Below are positions 28,781 through 37,982 of a DNA stretch of 64,000 nt, one piece after another; the first letter of the stretch is position 1; each line of letters starts with the position of its first letter. A program made the position numbers and the translations under genes. The notes under the pieces are model-generated. The model saw only the letters and a program-made list of their open reading frames with translations. It made no database searches and was not told the origin of the DNA. Source of the DNA: Paramoeba atlantica (taxonomy: Eukaryota > Protista > Discosea); the NCBI GenBank assembly GCA_977017575.1, contig CDRNVI010000043.1:248001-312000 (forward strand), read 5' to 3'.

Positions 28781-28992
28781 AAAAGGGCCGTCTTAAAACA
28801 CGTATTGATTTGCAAAAGCTACACTAACTGGACTTTGTACTCACTTTATAAAAAATAATGGGTCTCCTAAGGCTCACATAATACACATGTTGTCAAACAG
28901 AATGAGAGTAAGGCTATAGATAGGAATCCGTTCAAGCAAAAATATGCATAGAAATAGAGAACACTAGTCACACATCTAAATCCGACTATCCA

Positions 28993-29649
28993 TTAGCCAT
29001 TCTCTTCTACATCCCACCTGACCAAGTCAACAAAAATATCTCTATGGGCGTGACGATGTTTTCGATACGATGCTGGGAGATCGTAACGCATTTCCGCAAG
29101 GAGGGTAGAAGTGATTTTACGCGTAGAAGTTGAACAACGTTCTGCCCATCGAGGAAAAAATTCCCTAGTTGATTTAAGATGCAGTGAATACACTCGTGGT
29201 GCTACACAGAGGGCTTCACTGACGAATAGCGTGTCTGCATGAGAACGCGACTTCGTGCCAAACGGAGGATTCATGATAGCTATATCGAAAGAAGAATGAA
29301 AGCACCGAGCAACTGAACCGGGACGAACTTCATGTTTTATACCAGAAAATATTGAGCGCATTCCAATATCGTCCATGACGTTCTGCGCATGAGCCAGACT
29401 GCACTTGTCCACATCAACTCCGACAACTGAGGCAGCTCCGAGCAAAGCGGATGCACAAGAAAGTGTCCCAGTACCGCATCCCAGATCTAAGATATGCAAC
29501 CCTTCAAGCGACTGGTCTTCTTGTAGGCTCCATAGGCATCGAGCTGCAATATCCGGGGGTGTGAGATACTGTTCCAGTGTTATATCGGGGGATGAGAACT
29601 GGAAGTCTAACTCTCGAAGTGTGGCTTCAAGTTCCCACACACGGTACAT
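28993..29649 (-). CDS. METTL5: 18S rRNA m6A methyltransferase METTL5-like
   Basis: LEQYLTPPDIAA, LDLGCGTG, MNPPFGTK, VYSLH, YDLPASY..H..IFVD. Confidence 0.93.
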   Translation of the reverse strand: MYRVWELEATLRELDFQFSSPDITLEQYLTPPDIAARCLWSLQEDQSLEGLHILDLGCGTGTLSCASALLGAASVVGVDVDKCSLAHAQNVMDDIGMRSIFSGIKHEVRPGSVARCFHSSFDIAIMNPPFGTKSRSHADTLFVSEALCVAPRVYSLHLKSTREFFPRWAERCSTSTRKITSTLLAEMRYDLPASYRKHRHAHRDIFVDLVRWDVEENG

Positions 29650-29916
29650 TATCTCCTCGTATAAGTCAGTCTTGTCATTCAGTATTGTAGATAATAATGG
29701 ACCTCCTTTGCTTTAAAGCTAAAGTCAAAAGTATGTGTTCTTTAAGCACTTCTCACATTTGTGTATTGTATCACTTATAAGGGACTTTCAACGCGCATAC
29801 ATTCTAAAAATTTAGTTTTCCATTTTATTAGTAAACATCTCGATCAACCGTGTGATAAACACGTTCGCCATCCTACTCTTGATTCTAAACTACATCCAAT
29901 CCGCTCCGCCCCTTCC

Positions 29917-31017
29917 TCACCGCAGAACCGACTCCCCATGATGCGTCACACTTGCCGGTCGGTCCAAACCAAGGCCCCAATGAAGATCAGGCTCGTTGGT
30001 GCGGTAACTCGGCAACCTCGGGGTGAGGTCCCGTCGGTCAAGCATCTCCCCCTCCTCCCCCCTCCCGGGGGTCATCTCCACCACCAGCTCCGGGGGGGCC
30101 TCCACGGCATGGGAACACCTCCCCTCGACCCCGGGCGTCATGTGGGCAATCCCACGGGTCTCCCAGGGCGCCACACGCCACCGGGCCCACACCTCCCGTG
30201 TGAGGATACACACAAACACCACCACGCAGAACCCCGAGATCAGGTGCGCACTCACCAGTGCGGGGATCAAACACCGGTGGTGGTAACCCATCGAGGGGAG
30301 CAGGCGGGCCCATATCACCCACAGCAGAAACCCCGGGAGCAGCAGCCGGAAGACGATCCAGGTAAGGTAGGTGAGGTAGAAACAGGCCACATAGGGCCAC
30401 GTCTCGGCACGCCCTGTGCGCTCCAGCAGCACTTGACAGTTCAGGAAGAGCACCGGGAGCTCGACAAGGAGGAAGTTGGAGACGACAAAGGACCCGGCGC
30501 CGCATTGGGGGTTGAAGATGTGGACACAGAACGGGATGAGGGCCAGGATGTGGTGAACGACAAACACAAGCCACATCGGGACACGGTAAAGGATGATGAT
30601 CGCGAGGTCGAGGAGGAAATAGGCCGTGGAGAACGCGACCAGGGCGTGCAGGGGAACGAGGTCGGACGTGCTGAGGGGCTCATAGTCGGATTTCCACTGG
30701 ATCGTGGTTGTGGTTGCGATGAATCCAGGTACAACGACGAGGGCGTGCAGGGAGCTGTTGATGCGGCTACACCAATCCGCTTTGTAGCTCAAAGTGAATT
30801 TTGAGAAATAGGAGGAACCGTAGCGTGCGGTGATGTACCAAGAAATGTAAAAAAGGAAAAGGAATGCGATTAGAGAACCTCCAAGTACAATAGCGTTGAA
30901 CGTGATGCTGGGACTGTGACATCCAGGTGAGAGTGAGGCGTCGCACCGCTCGCTATCGTTGAGAAGCACCTGTGGGATAAACACACAAAGATATACGAAC
31001 GAAAAAGCGAGTTTCAT
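29917..31017 (-). CDS. TLC (TRAM/LAG1/CLN8) domain membrane protein
   Basis: WCSRINSSLHAL, FSTAYFLLDL, FVVHH, LLVELPVLFLN, WIVFRL, multiple TM segments. Confidence 0.9.
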   Translation of the reverse strand: MKLAFSFVYLCVFIPQVLLNDSERCDASLSPGCHSPSITFNAIVLGGSLIAFLFLFYISWYITARYGSSYFSKFTLSYKADWCSRINSSLHALVVVPGFIATTTTIQWKSDYEPLSTSDLVPLHALVAFSTAYFLLDLAIIILYRVPMWLVFVVHHILALIPFCVHIFNPQCGAGSFVVSNFLLVELPVLFLNCQVLLERTGRAETWPYVACFYLTYLTWIVFRLLLPGFLLWVIWARLLPSMGYHHRCLIPALVSAHLISGFCVVVFVCILTREVWARWRVAPWETRGIAHMTPGVEGRCSHAVEAPPELVVEMTPGRGEEGEMLDRRDLTPRLPSYRTNEPDLHWGLGLDRPASVTHHGESVLR

Positions 31018-31411
31018 GCCTCGAATATTCCGTAAGGAGATTTTACTGTCTTGGGACGCACATCATTCCACTCATCACGGACAAATCGAAGGAAAACAAG
31101 GAAAGGATAACTACTTAAAATAACCGTATGTACTCGTGCCAGTTTGTTCAGAAAACTTAATAATGCTTGAGTATAATGTCCCCGTCCCAACTATTTATTA
31201 ATAGTGTATAGGAAAGTACAGTGCAAGCAAAATGAAGCGTCTAGATGCCTTCGCCTGTTCGTTTTCGACCGATTTTCATCGATATGTCACAAAGAACGAT
31301 AAGCAAGATGTAAAATTATATACATACCGTCGCATCAATGCGATTAGAATAATCAGCGCTAGCCATGCGCGACGTTACAGTAACGATTGTCTGCGTCAGA
31401 ATCAATAGATG

Positions 31412-33292
31412 CTAAAGAATAGCGCTCGGATACGTTTTTCCAAGTGCATCCTTGCCACTCGCATAATCAGTATCGATTGCCCATGGAATGTCCCTTGAGC
31501 TACCTGTACAGCTATTTTGATAGGGCAAAGGTGGCAGTTCGTACGGTAAGCACACACAAAAGTAGTGTGCTTTTTTGATTGTCTTATCCTCATGGCTTCG
31601 ACTTGAAAGAGGAGAATCTTCAGATGTACGTGTATTTGCATGCGTGCCGACGCTAGAATTTGAGAACGTGTAGTGATACGAACAGTTCAATATATCGAGA
31701 GACGACGCTGAACAGTGGTGGGAACATGATTTAGGTAATTGCAATGGAAATTGCGGCGTGCAGCTAAAACAATCCCAATGTGAAAGAGTATGTTCTAGCC
31801 TGTGCGGTGTAAAAAGGACACCGAGTTCGTATGATCGAATACACAGTTGTGATGCATTGAGTTGCTCTTGCCCCCACGCAGCTTTCGAAAGATTAGCGCT
31901 AGTGAGCAAAACATAGTGCAGACGCACCGTTGTGGTATCTATGCGGCCAACACCCTGTCCTGTATTGTCTTTTGCAGAATGACTTAGGTTTTCGTACACA
32001 CAATAGGACTTTATATGCGGCATTGCTCTACATCGAATTTTATACGGACATACTGTATGCATGCCGGCGCATTGCCTTTCATCTTTGCTTCTTTTCGTTG
32101 TTCCATCGGATAAACCGGAATCAGACCACCTGGACATCATGGAAGACATGAATAATTTGTGATTTTTTTGTGGCACTGGAAGAGATCCACCCGCACGCCA
32201 TCCCTCGATGGAGTTCGCAACTTCCTTTACCGTTGGAAAGATAAGTTTCATGTGACTGAGGGAGGGAGAAATTCCAAATTTCTGTCCAAAATTCATCAAC
32301 CATTTTTCATCCATGGAGCCTAAACTTGAAAATTGGCATGATAAAGTGCGCGGCGGAGCTTTTGCGCCAGTGTCAAATTTCAAAGATTTTTCGTCTTGTT
32401 GCAAAATATGTTTCAAGCGCCATTGTCCCCATTCGCCCAGGGGTTCCGTATTCTGTCGCGTAATAGATCCTTTCGCAGACTCTGTTACTGCTACGGATAC
32501 CTTTCTTCGGTGATGCTTATGATAACCAGGAACTGAAGCAATTATATCTGCAGTTGCAAAGCGAAAGTCGTGTGCCATAATTCGACTTACGTTCCACCCG
32601 CCAATAAAAGAAAAGTATTCGTAAAGATCATGACCAAAGTCTCGCAGATTGTTAACGTCACAGGAGCCCTTATAGGCCTCTGTGAGCTTTGGAAAATCTT
32701 GCACCCAAATGCCTTGAGATTTTCCGTCCCAGTCGCTGCTCACGTAGTTAGCTGTATGTATGCAAACTCTCATTCCGCGCTGATTGAAGCATAAAACACT
32801 TTTCGTGTGATGCGTGCCATATGAAATAGGCAATGACGGAGCAACAATACGCACGTTTTCATATTTTGTCGCAGATTTCGGCAAGACAATGCAATGCGTC
32901 TCAATTCCTCTGTTCCCTGATAGAGAATCTCGAGATGTCGTACATCGCTTTCTAGCCTCGGAATAACAATCTCCCGTAATTACAACTATTTCCGGGACAC
33001 AGGAGAAACAAGGATCACTGACTGTTTCCAGCCAATCTAAGTCTGTCATGTAGTTACTGAAAACTATAAGACCCCAATCAGGTAAGCCGGGTTTGTTGCA
33101 ACCCAAAATATCACGCAAGTGCAGCGTGTCTTCATTGGGATCACATAATACATCAGATTTTCTGATGTTGGAAGCATTCACATCTACAGTTTTTGTTCGC
33201 TTCTCTCCGTAAAGATGTTCGAAGGACTCAATGAAATTGTACCATAATGGAATGGGGCGACATTCAGAGTGATGGTTCATGCACCAATACAA
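31412..33292 (-). CDS. TDP1: Tyrosyl-DNA phosphodiesterase 1
   Basis: Two HxK motifs (YGTHHTKS, RAMPHIKSY), HTAN, IASVPG, CQFSSLGS, TSANLSKAAWG, IRSYELGV, PYELPP. Confidence 0.95.
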   Translation of the reverse strand: MYWCMNHHSECRPIPLWYNFIESFEHLYGEKRTKTVDVNASNIRKSDVLCDPNEDTLHLRDILGCNKPGLPDWGLIVFSNYMTDLDWLETVSDPCFSCVPEIVVITGDCYSEARKRCTTSRDSLSGNRGIETHCIVLPKSATKYENVRIVAPSLPISYGTHHTKSVLCFNQRGMRVCIHTANYVSSDWDGKSQGIWVQDFPKLTEAYKGSCDVNNLRDFGHDLYEYFSFIGGWNVSRIMAHDFRFATADIIASVPGYHKHHRRKVSVAVTESAKGSITRQNTEPLGEWGQWRLKHILQQDEKSLKFDTGAKAPPRTLSCQFSSLGSMDEKWLMNFGQKFGISPSLSHMKLIFPTVKEVANSIEGWRAGGSLPVPQKNHKLFMSSMMSRWSDSGLSDGTTKRSKDERQCAGMHTVCPYKIRCRAMPHIKSYCVYENLSHSAKDNTGQGVGRIDTTTVRLHYVLLTSANLSKAAWGQEQLNASQLCIRSYELGVLFTPHRLEHTLSHWDCFSCTPQFPLQLPKSCSHHCSASSLDILNCSYHYTFSNSSVGTHANTRTSEDSPLSSRSHEDKTIKKAHYFCVCLPYELPPLPYQNSCTGSSRDIPWAIDTDYASGKDALGKTYPSAIL

Positions 33293-33313
33293 GTTAATAA
33301 CGAAATGCTGTTT

Positions 33314-34258
33314 TTAAAAGGAAAAATATATATAACTTATTCGTCGCATTGATTTCTTGTCTCTTATTACATCTGAAATCAATTTTGTAGCCGCGAATTG
33401 TACAGGATGCGTGTATCCGCTTACCATAAAAATCAAGGCATCGGCACGACGTGCTAAAAAAAAGTATGCTATTGCAAGGGTGAAAAGTATGTAACCAATC
33501 ACTAACCACACCTTACGTGGCAATCCAAAGTAAAAGACATCCAACTGTGCGGTGTATCGAGTAATATAATAATCGGAAGAATTTCCTGGACCGAATCCTG
33601 CCCAAGGAGGGTCTAAATAACCAGCACGTAGCACTTGCGGAAAAAGAGGGACAGCGCCAATGCCGGAAAGAATGATCCCAATAAAGAGAACGGGTGTGCC
33701 TTGAAAACCGTTCAAATCCTGGAGATGAACTTCGCAGTGCTTCATTAAAGAAGAAGTGCCGTTGCTTCCTTGGCAAACATCTTCAAAAATTGCGTCACCA
33801 TAAAGCGCAGTTCCGTAAACAACGTCAAGAACCGCGGGATTGGAAGCACGATAGGAGAGTACAAGTTGTAGGGTCATCTCTTCACTGGCTTGCGGTACTG
33901 CATACCAGCGCTCGTTCGGGAATGGTAGCGCTAGTAACCTACATGTATTTTCCATGTTCCCCCGACCTGCATCCTTGGTCCATAGTCGGCCTTCATTCAA
34001 AGAATTCCGGTCTATGGCCACCTCTTGACTCCACACGGGAGCGTCCAGTGAGAGAATCGTAAGTGGTCGGGAAAGGGCGCGCTGCAGTTGTTCACGTGAC
34101 AAGGGTTGATAAGGTGACGTGATCCAGTGTTGGTGAACATCCGAGCGAACAAAAGGAAAAAGCTGCAGAAAAAATACAAGAAAGAACCCTGTTCTCAGTT
34201 GTGTTAGGAATGGGGTACCAAGGTAGAGTTCAGAGCGGTTCATTTTGGTCAACAGCAT
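33314..34258 (-). CDS. Type I membrane protein, Pga1-like (GPI mannosyltransferase II coactivator) candidate
   Basis: Signal-like segment, LVLSYRASNPAV, YTAQLDVFYFGLP followed by a TM helix; resemblance from memory. Confidence 0.5.
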   Translation of the reverse strand: MLLTKMNRSELYLGTPFLTQLRTGFFLVFFLQLFPFVRSDVHQHWITSPYQPLSREQLQRALSRPLTILSLDAPVWSQEVAIDRNSLNEGRLWTKDAGRGNMENTCRLLALPFPNERWYAVPQASEEMTLQLVLSYRASNPAVLDVVYGTALYGDAIFEDVCQGSNGTSSLMKHCEVHLQDLNGFQGTPVLFIGIILSGIGAVPLFPQVLRAGYLDPPWAGFGPGNSSDYYITRYTAQLDVFYFGLPRKVWLVIGYILFTLAIAYFFLARRADALIFMVSGYTHPVQFAATKLISDVIRDKKSMRRISYIYFSF

Positions 34259-34633
34259 AAATAAGTTGCACAGACATGCATGTATAGTGATAGAAAATAA
34301 GCATTCATGTATTAAGCAAAAAATAGTAGCGACGCATCCATGAGGGTATGGGTGAGATTAAAATCTACATGTAATTTAATTGTACTGTGAACGTCACTTG
34401 TATCGTTTGCGAAGACATTGTTTAATTAAAAGGAACCTATTGAAAACGTGTCTAAAGTATTTTTCCGGCGTCTCATATATCGTAACGTACTACATTTCGC
34501 TATTCAAAATATGTACAAGGAACCCTGCCCAAAATTGTAAGCTTTCATTGCATAATGTTTTCAATTCACATCGAAAACAAGTCAACCAAATAAACAAGCA
34601 ATTCAAAAAATATCGATTTTTTTTCATAATTGT

Positions 34634-35215
34634 CTAAACAAAACCTTTCGTGGGCTCCTTTGAAAAATCATTCATATCTGAATCAAATTCCCGATTCTCT
34701 TCATCAAAATCACTTTCAGCAACATCCTCCTCACCCACTTCATCTTCCTCCACGTCTCCCCTCTCCCCTCCCTCTTCCGCGTTCCGTATCTCCTCCATCC
34801 GTTTCGACAAACTCTCCACGCCCCCTTTGTTTACGAAACCACGAAGCCCCGCGAGGGCACCCGCCCCGACCATCCCCAACGGCCCCCCTGCCACAAACCC
34901 CGCCGCGGCCCCTTTCACCGCCTCATTCGCGGCATGGTGCGCGCTCTTATCTGTGAGCACCGCGTGGCCGAACCGTTTGAGATGTTTCACTACCCCCTCC
35001 ATGGGATCCTCCAAGGCGGAGGAGCTCTCCTCATCCTCATCGTCCTCCTCCTCATGCTCTTCCTCATCGTCCCACACGTTACCGGCAGAGGACTTGGATT
35101 TCGTGGCTGAATACTTTTCTAGGCTTTGGACTTCTCTTGGATTGCGTTCTGTGCGAGCGGTGACACCCAGGAGAACGATGAAGAGGAAGAGAAGGAGTGT
35201 GAGCGAATGTCGCAT
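34634..35215 (-). CDS. Secreted acidic protein with glycine zipper
   Basis: Signal peptide MRHSLTLLLFLFIVLLGVTA; GAAAGFVAGGPLGMVGAGALAGL; acidic flanks; an upstream in-frame ATG at 35326 is also possible. Confidence 0.65.
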   Translation of the reverse strand: MRHSLTLLLFLFIVLLGVTARTERNPREVQSLEKYSATKSKSSAGNVWDDEEEHEEEDDEDEESSSALEDPMEGVVKHLKRFGHAVLTDKSAHHAANEAVKGAAAGFVAGGPLGMVGAGALAGLRGFVNKGGVESLSKRMEEIRNAEEGGERGDVEEDEVGEEDVAESDFDEENREFDSDMNDFSKEPTKGFV

Positions 35216-35635
35216 GAGATCGGACGGGGGGTACCGGTAGGGAAGGGTGGTGTTGCGAAGCAGAAGGGAGGGTAGAAAGTAGAAAATAGGAAAAAAAAGA
35301 GCGGCTAGGGTAGAAATAAGAGTCATCGAGTAGGTATACAACGGAACACGAAAAGTAAACGAGAGGTTGAAGGAAAACAGGATAAAATAACGTGGCGTGC
35401 TTTGTAATGTTGACGTGTTGGATAAAAAAGGTTGAATATGCGCGTGACTATGAGATATACACTTAACACAGTAAATTCTCATTAGATAACAATCCTTTAC
35501 ATATAGAAATTACATGAGAAGTTCACATACGTATGATAAATGCTCTTGACATTATTTTACAGTGGAAGGAATCTTTTTTGCAAGACAAAAATCTTCTCAG
35601 AATACTAAGTATCGAGCAAGTAATACTTGCTCGAG

Positions 35636-36277
35636 CTAAGCTGAATCGATGGAGAAAATATTTAGTACAGTATCAGGTATTTTAATCCCTTTGTTGCGCA
35701 ATAATTTAGGAGCAATATCGGCGAGAAACCAGTATACATGACCGATGATAATACCGAGAAATTCATCTCGAATCGGTTGATTCATCACTAGTGATAGTAG
35801 CAAGAACACGTAAGGGATGTATGGCGCCGCTACAGGAAATAGTCCCAACACGTGAAGCTGTTCGTATGGATGACGTCGACACCAGACATACAGAACATAC
35901 AATAACATTGGAGAGCTGAGAAAGAAAATGTTGAGAAAATATGCTGCGGTGAGCATTAAGATGGCCCCGAAAAGCAGCATGCAAATGAAACCAACAGTCC
36001 GATTTCGATAGTAGTGTTCCTCTAAGCGACAAAAATACATGTACAAGAAGTGCATGTGAAAAAAGAAGTTTAGTCCGAACCCTTCGAAGAATGTAAAGGT
36101 AGTTACCAAGCGCCAATACTCGTTTCGCGCAAAAACCTGTGCAAAATTTAAGTACAGCGAAAGTGGAGTAACAAAACGAAATGTAATCGCTGCGGCAGTG
36201 AGGCAACATGCTGTTACGTAAGTTCGAGTCACGACGGGCATATCGTAGTACCATGTATCCAACTGCACGTCGGCCAT
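35636..36277 (-). CDS. DER1: Derlin (Der1-like)
   Basis: MPVVTRTY, EYWRLVTTFTFF, FFFHMHFLYMY..LEE, YVWCRRHP, APYIPYV, GIIIGHVYWFL; ATG 36277. Confidence 0.95.
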   Translation of the reverse strand: MADVQLDTWYYDMPVVTRTYVTACCLTAAAITFRFVTPLSLYLNFAQVFARNEYWRLVTTFTFFEGFGLNFFFHMHFLYMYFCRLEEHYYRNRTVGFICMLLFGAILMLTAAYFLNIFFLSSPMLLYVLYVWCRRHPYEQLHVLGLFPVAAPYIPYVFLLLSLVMNQPIRDEFLGIIIGHVYWFLADIAPKLLRNKGIKIPDTVLNIFSIDSA

Positions 36278-36416
36278 GTAGATATAGAATAATAAAGGAG
36301 AAGAGTGTGAATATTTCGAACACATGTGAGTACTTTTTAGTGAAGTTAAATAAGCGCCTTGTGCTAAATGATGACTTTCTTTTCTCAACATCGCTGACGG
36401 ATTCATAAAACCAAAA

Positions 36417-37589
36417 TCAAGCATCCGCCAGCGGAGAATGATTCTGCTTTCCAAGATTGACGCTGATTTCCTCAGAATAAATATGCCACAGGGAATTTAA
36501 ACTTACAACTAATCGGCATACTCTTGTAGTAAAGTCCTTGGACTGCAGAGAAGAGTAAAAACACCACAAGACACGTTCGCACAAGAACTCGCATAATACT
36601 TCTTGCTCGTGACTAACGTCTCTTGATTGTTCCAGAAAGTGACAGGCATTGATTACCTGTAACGCACGCTCTTGATTCATCAGTTCAGGGCATATAGAAC
36701 GGAGGTTATCACGCTCCACATCGAAATCGGTATTTAAGAGTTGCAGAATATTATTCCTCTCGGAAGCAAACATCTGCGCCGCAGCAGACTTTATAGGAGA
36801 GTATTGAGTTATACAGTAGGAACAGAGTACGCTAGACGGAAGTGTCACAATCAACATGCCCAGCAGGATAAAAACAATTCCCAGTGCCTGCCCTGCTGCG
36901 GTACGGGGAACAAGGTCTCCATAACCCACCGTACAGAGAGTGGAGACAACCCAATAAACCCCGTCAAAGATAGACTGGTACGGCGTAGAGAAAGATTCTC
37001 CCACGACGTTCGTACCATTCCAGGAAGATGAAAACGAGTCAAAACGGGATGTGAGATTCTCAACATAGAACGTGAGTACACCCCCAACGAATCCCGCCAT
37101 CAGGAGAGCAGCCAGGCCTACCAGCAGTACGGGACCCGACAAATTCAAAATCCGCACCAATGCTTCATACTGTGAATGCAGTGCAGTAAGACGTAGTAAT
37201 CGCAGTAGACGCAGACTCGACAGAATACGAAGGCCAGGACTGTGCTGAAAGTCGGCGCTGTGCGTTATGAAACAGCAAAGAATTTCATAGAGAAAAGGCA
37301 GAAGACATAGAAATCGACAGAGAAATGCCTTAACATTGAACGGCGTTTGTTTCTTAAAATTCGGAAAAACGAGTTCCAGTAGAAAAGCAATTTCCGTGAA
37401 CCATAGGATGTACAGTGTGGGGCATATTCTGCTGTTGTCAAGCACACAGGCATATATTGCAGGATCTGTCTCAGCAAGGCTCACGGTACAGTTTATTAAG
37501 ATGAGAGCGGCATTTACATAGATTCCAAAATGCAATGGATTAGGACTTCCTTCGGAGTCTCCTCTTCCGTGTTGAGAATTATTGGACAT
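36417..37589 (-). CDS. Voltage-gated (Shaker-like) potassium channel
   Basis: S4 LRILSSLRLLRLLRL; pore YWVVSTLCTVGYGDLVP. Confidence 0.93.
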   Translation of the reverse strand: MSNNSQHGRGDSEGSPNPLHFGIYVNAALILINCTVSLAETDPAIYACVLDNSRICPTLYILWFTEIAFLLELVFPNFKKQTPFNVKAFLCRFLCLLPFLYEILCCFITHSADFQHSPGLRILSSLRLLRLLRLTALHSQYEALVRILNLSGPVLLVGLAALLMAGFVGGVLTFYVENLTSRFDSFSSSWNGTNVVGESFSTPYQSIFDGVYWVVSTLCTVGYGDLVPRTAAGQALGIVFILLGMLIVTLPSSVLCSYCITQYSPIKSAAAQMFASERNNILQLLNTDFDVERDNLRSICPELMNQERALQVINACHFLEQSRDVSHEQEVLCEFLCERVLWCFYSSLQSKDFTTRVCRLVVSLNSLWHIYSEEISVNLGKQNHSPLADA

Positions 37590-37982
37590 AATTGCTAAGC
37601 ATGAAATTATATTCAGACCGATGCATGTATCTGGACCCTGTCGAGCTCAAGGTAAACTCAGGAACATTGAATACTAAAATCACATGATGCAAATATAAAT
37701 ATATTAATACGACAAACATCTAAGTTTGCGTGACCGAAGTGCTGACAAGCGAACCAATGCAGCACTAGTAAAAGGAAGTAGACCCAAGAGAGGGTAAATA
37801 GTCCCAATATCGCACATACAATACTAAATGTAGCGCCAATAACAATATTTTTTTTGGAGCATCTGTATGATGCATGTGGTCTATAGCTACATTCGTCTAT
37901 AGGTAGTATCAGATTCTTTAAATCAAATTGGCTGCATACTTACGGGGTAATGACCTATTCGTGAAGCAAATGATTTACAAAC

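Noticed and set aside
29761-30804. 347-aa plus-strand ORF opposite the TLC gene (and similar antisense ORFs at 34650-35240, 53791-54165, 63513-63929)
   Set aside because: Expected stop-poor antisense frames in GC-rich islands; no motifs
36278-36454. Apparent overlap of Derlin and K+ channel ORFs
   Set aside because: Derlin homology starts at the ATG at 36277; the extension is incidental
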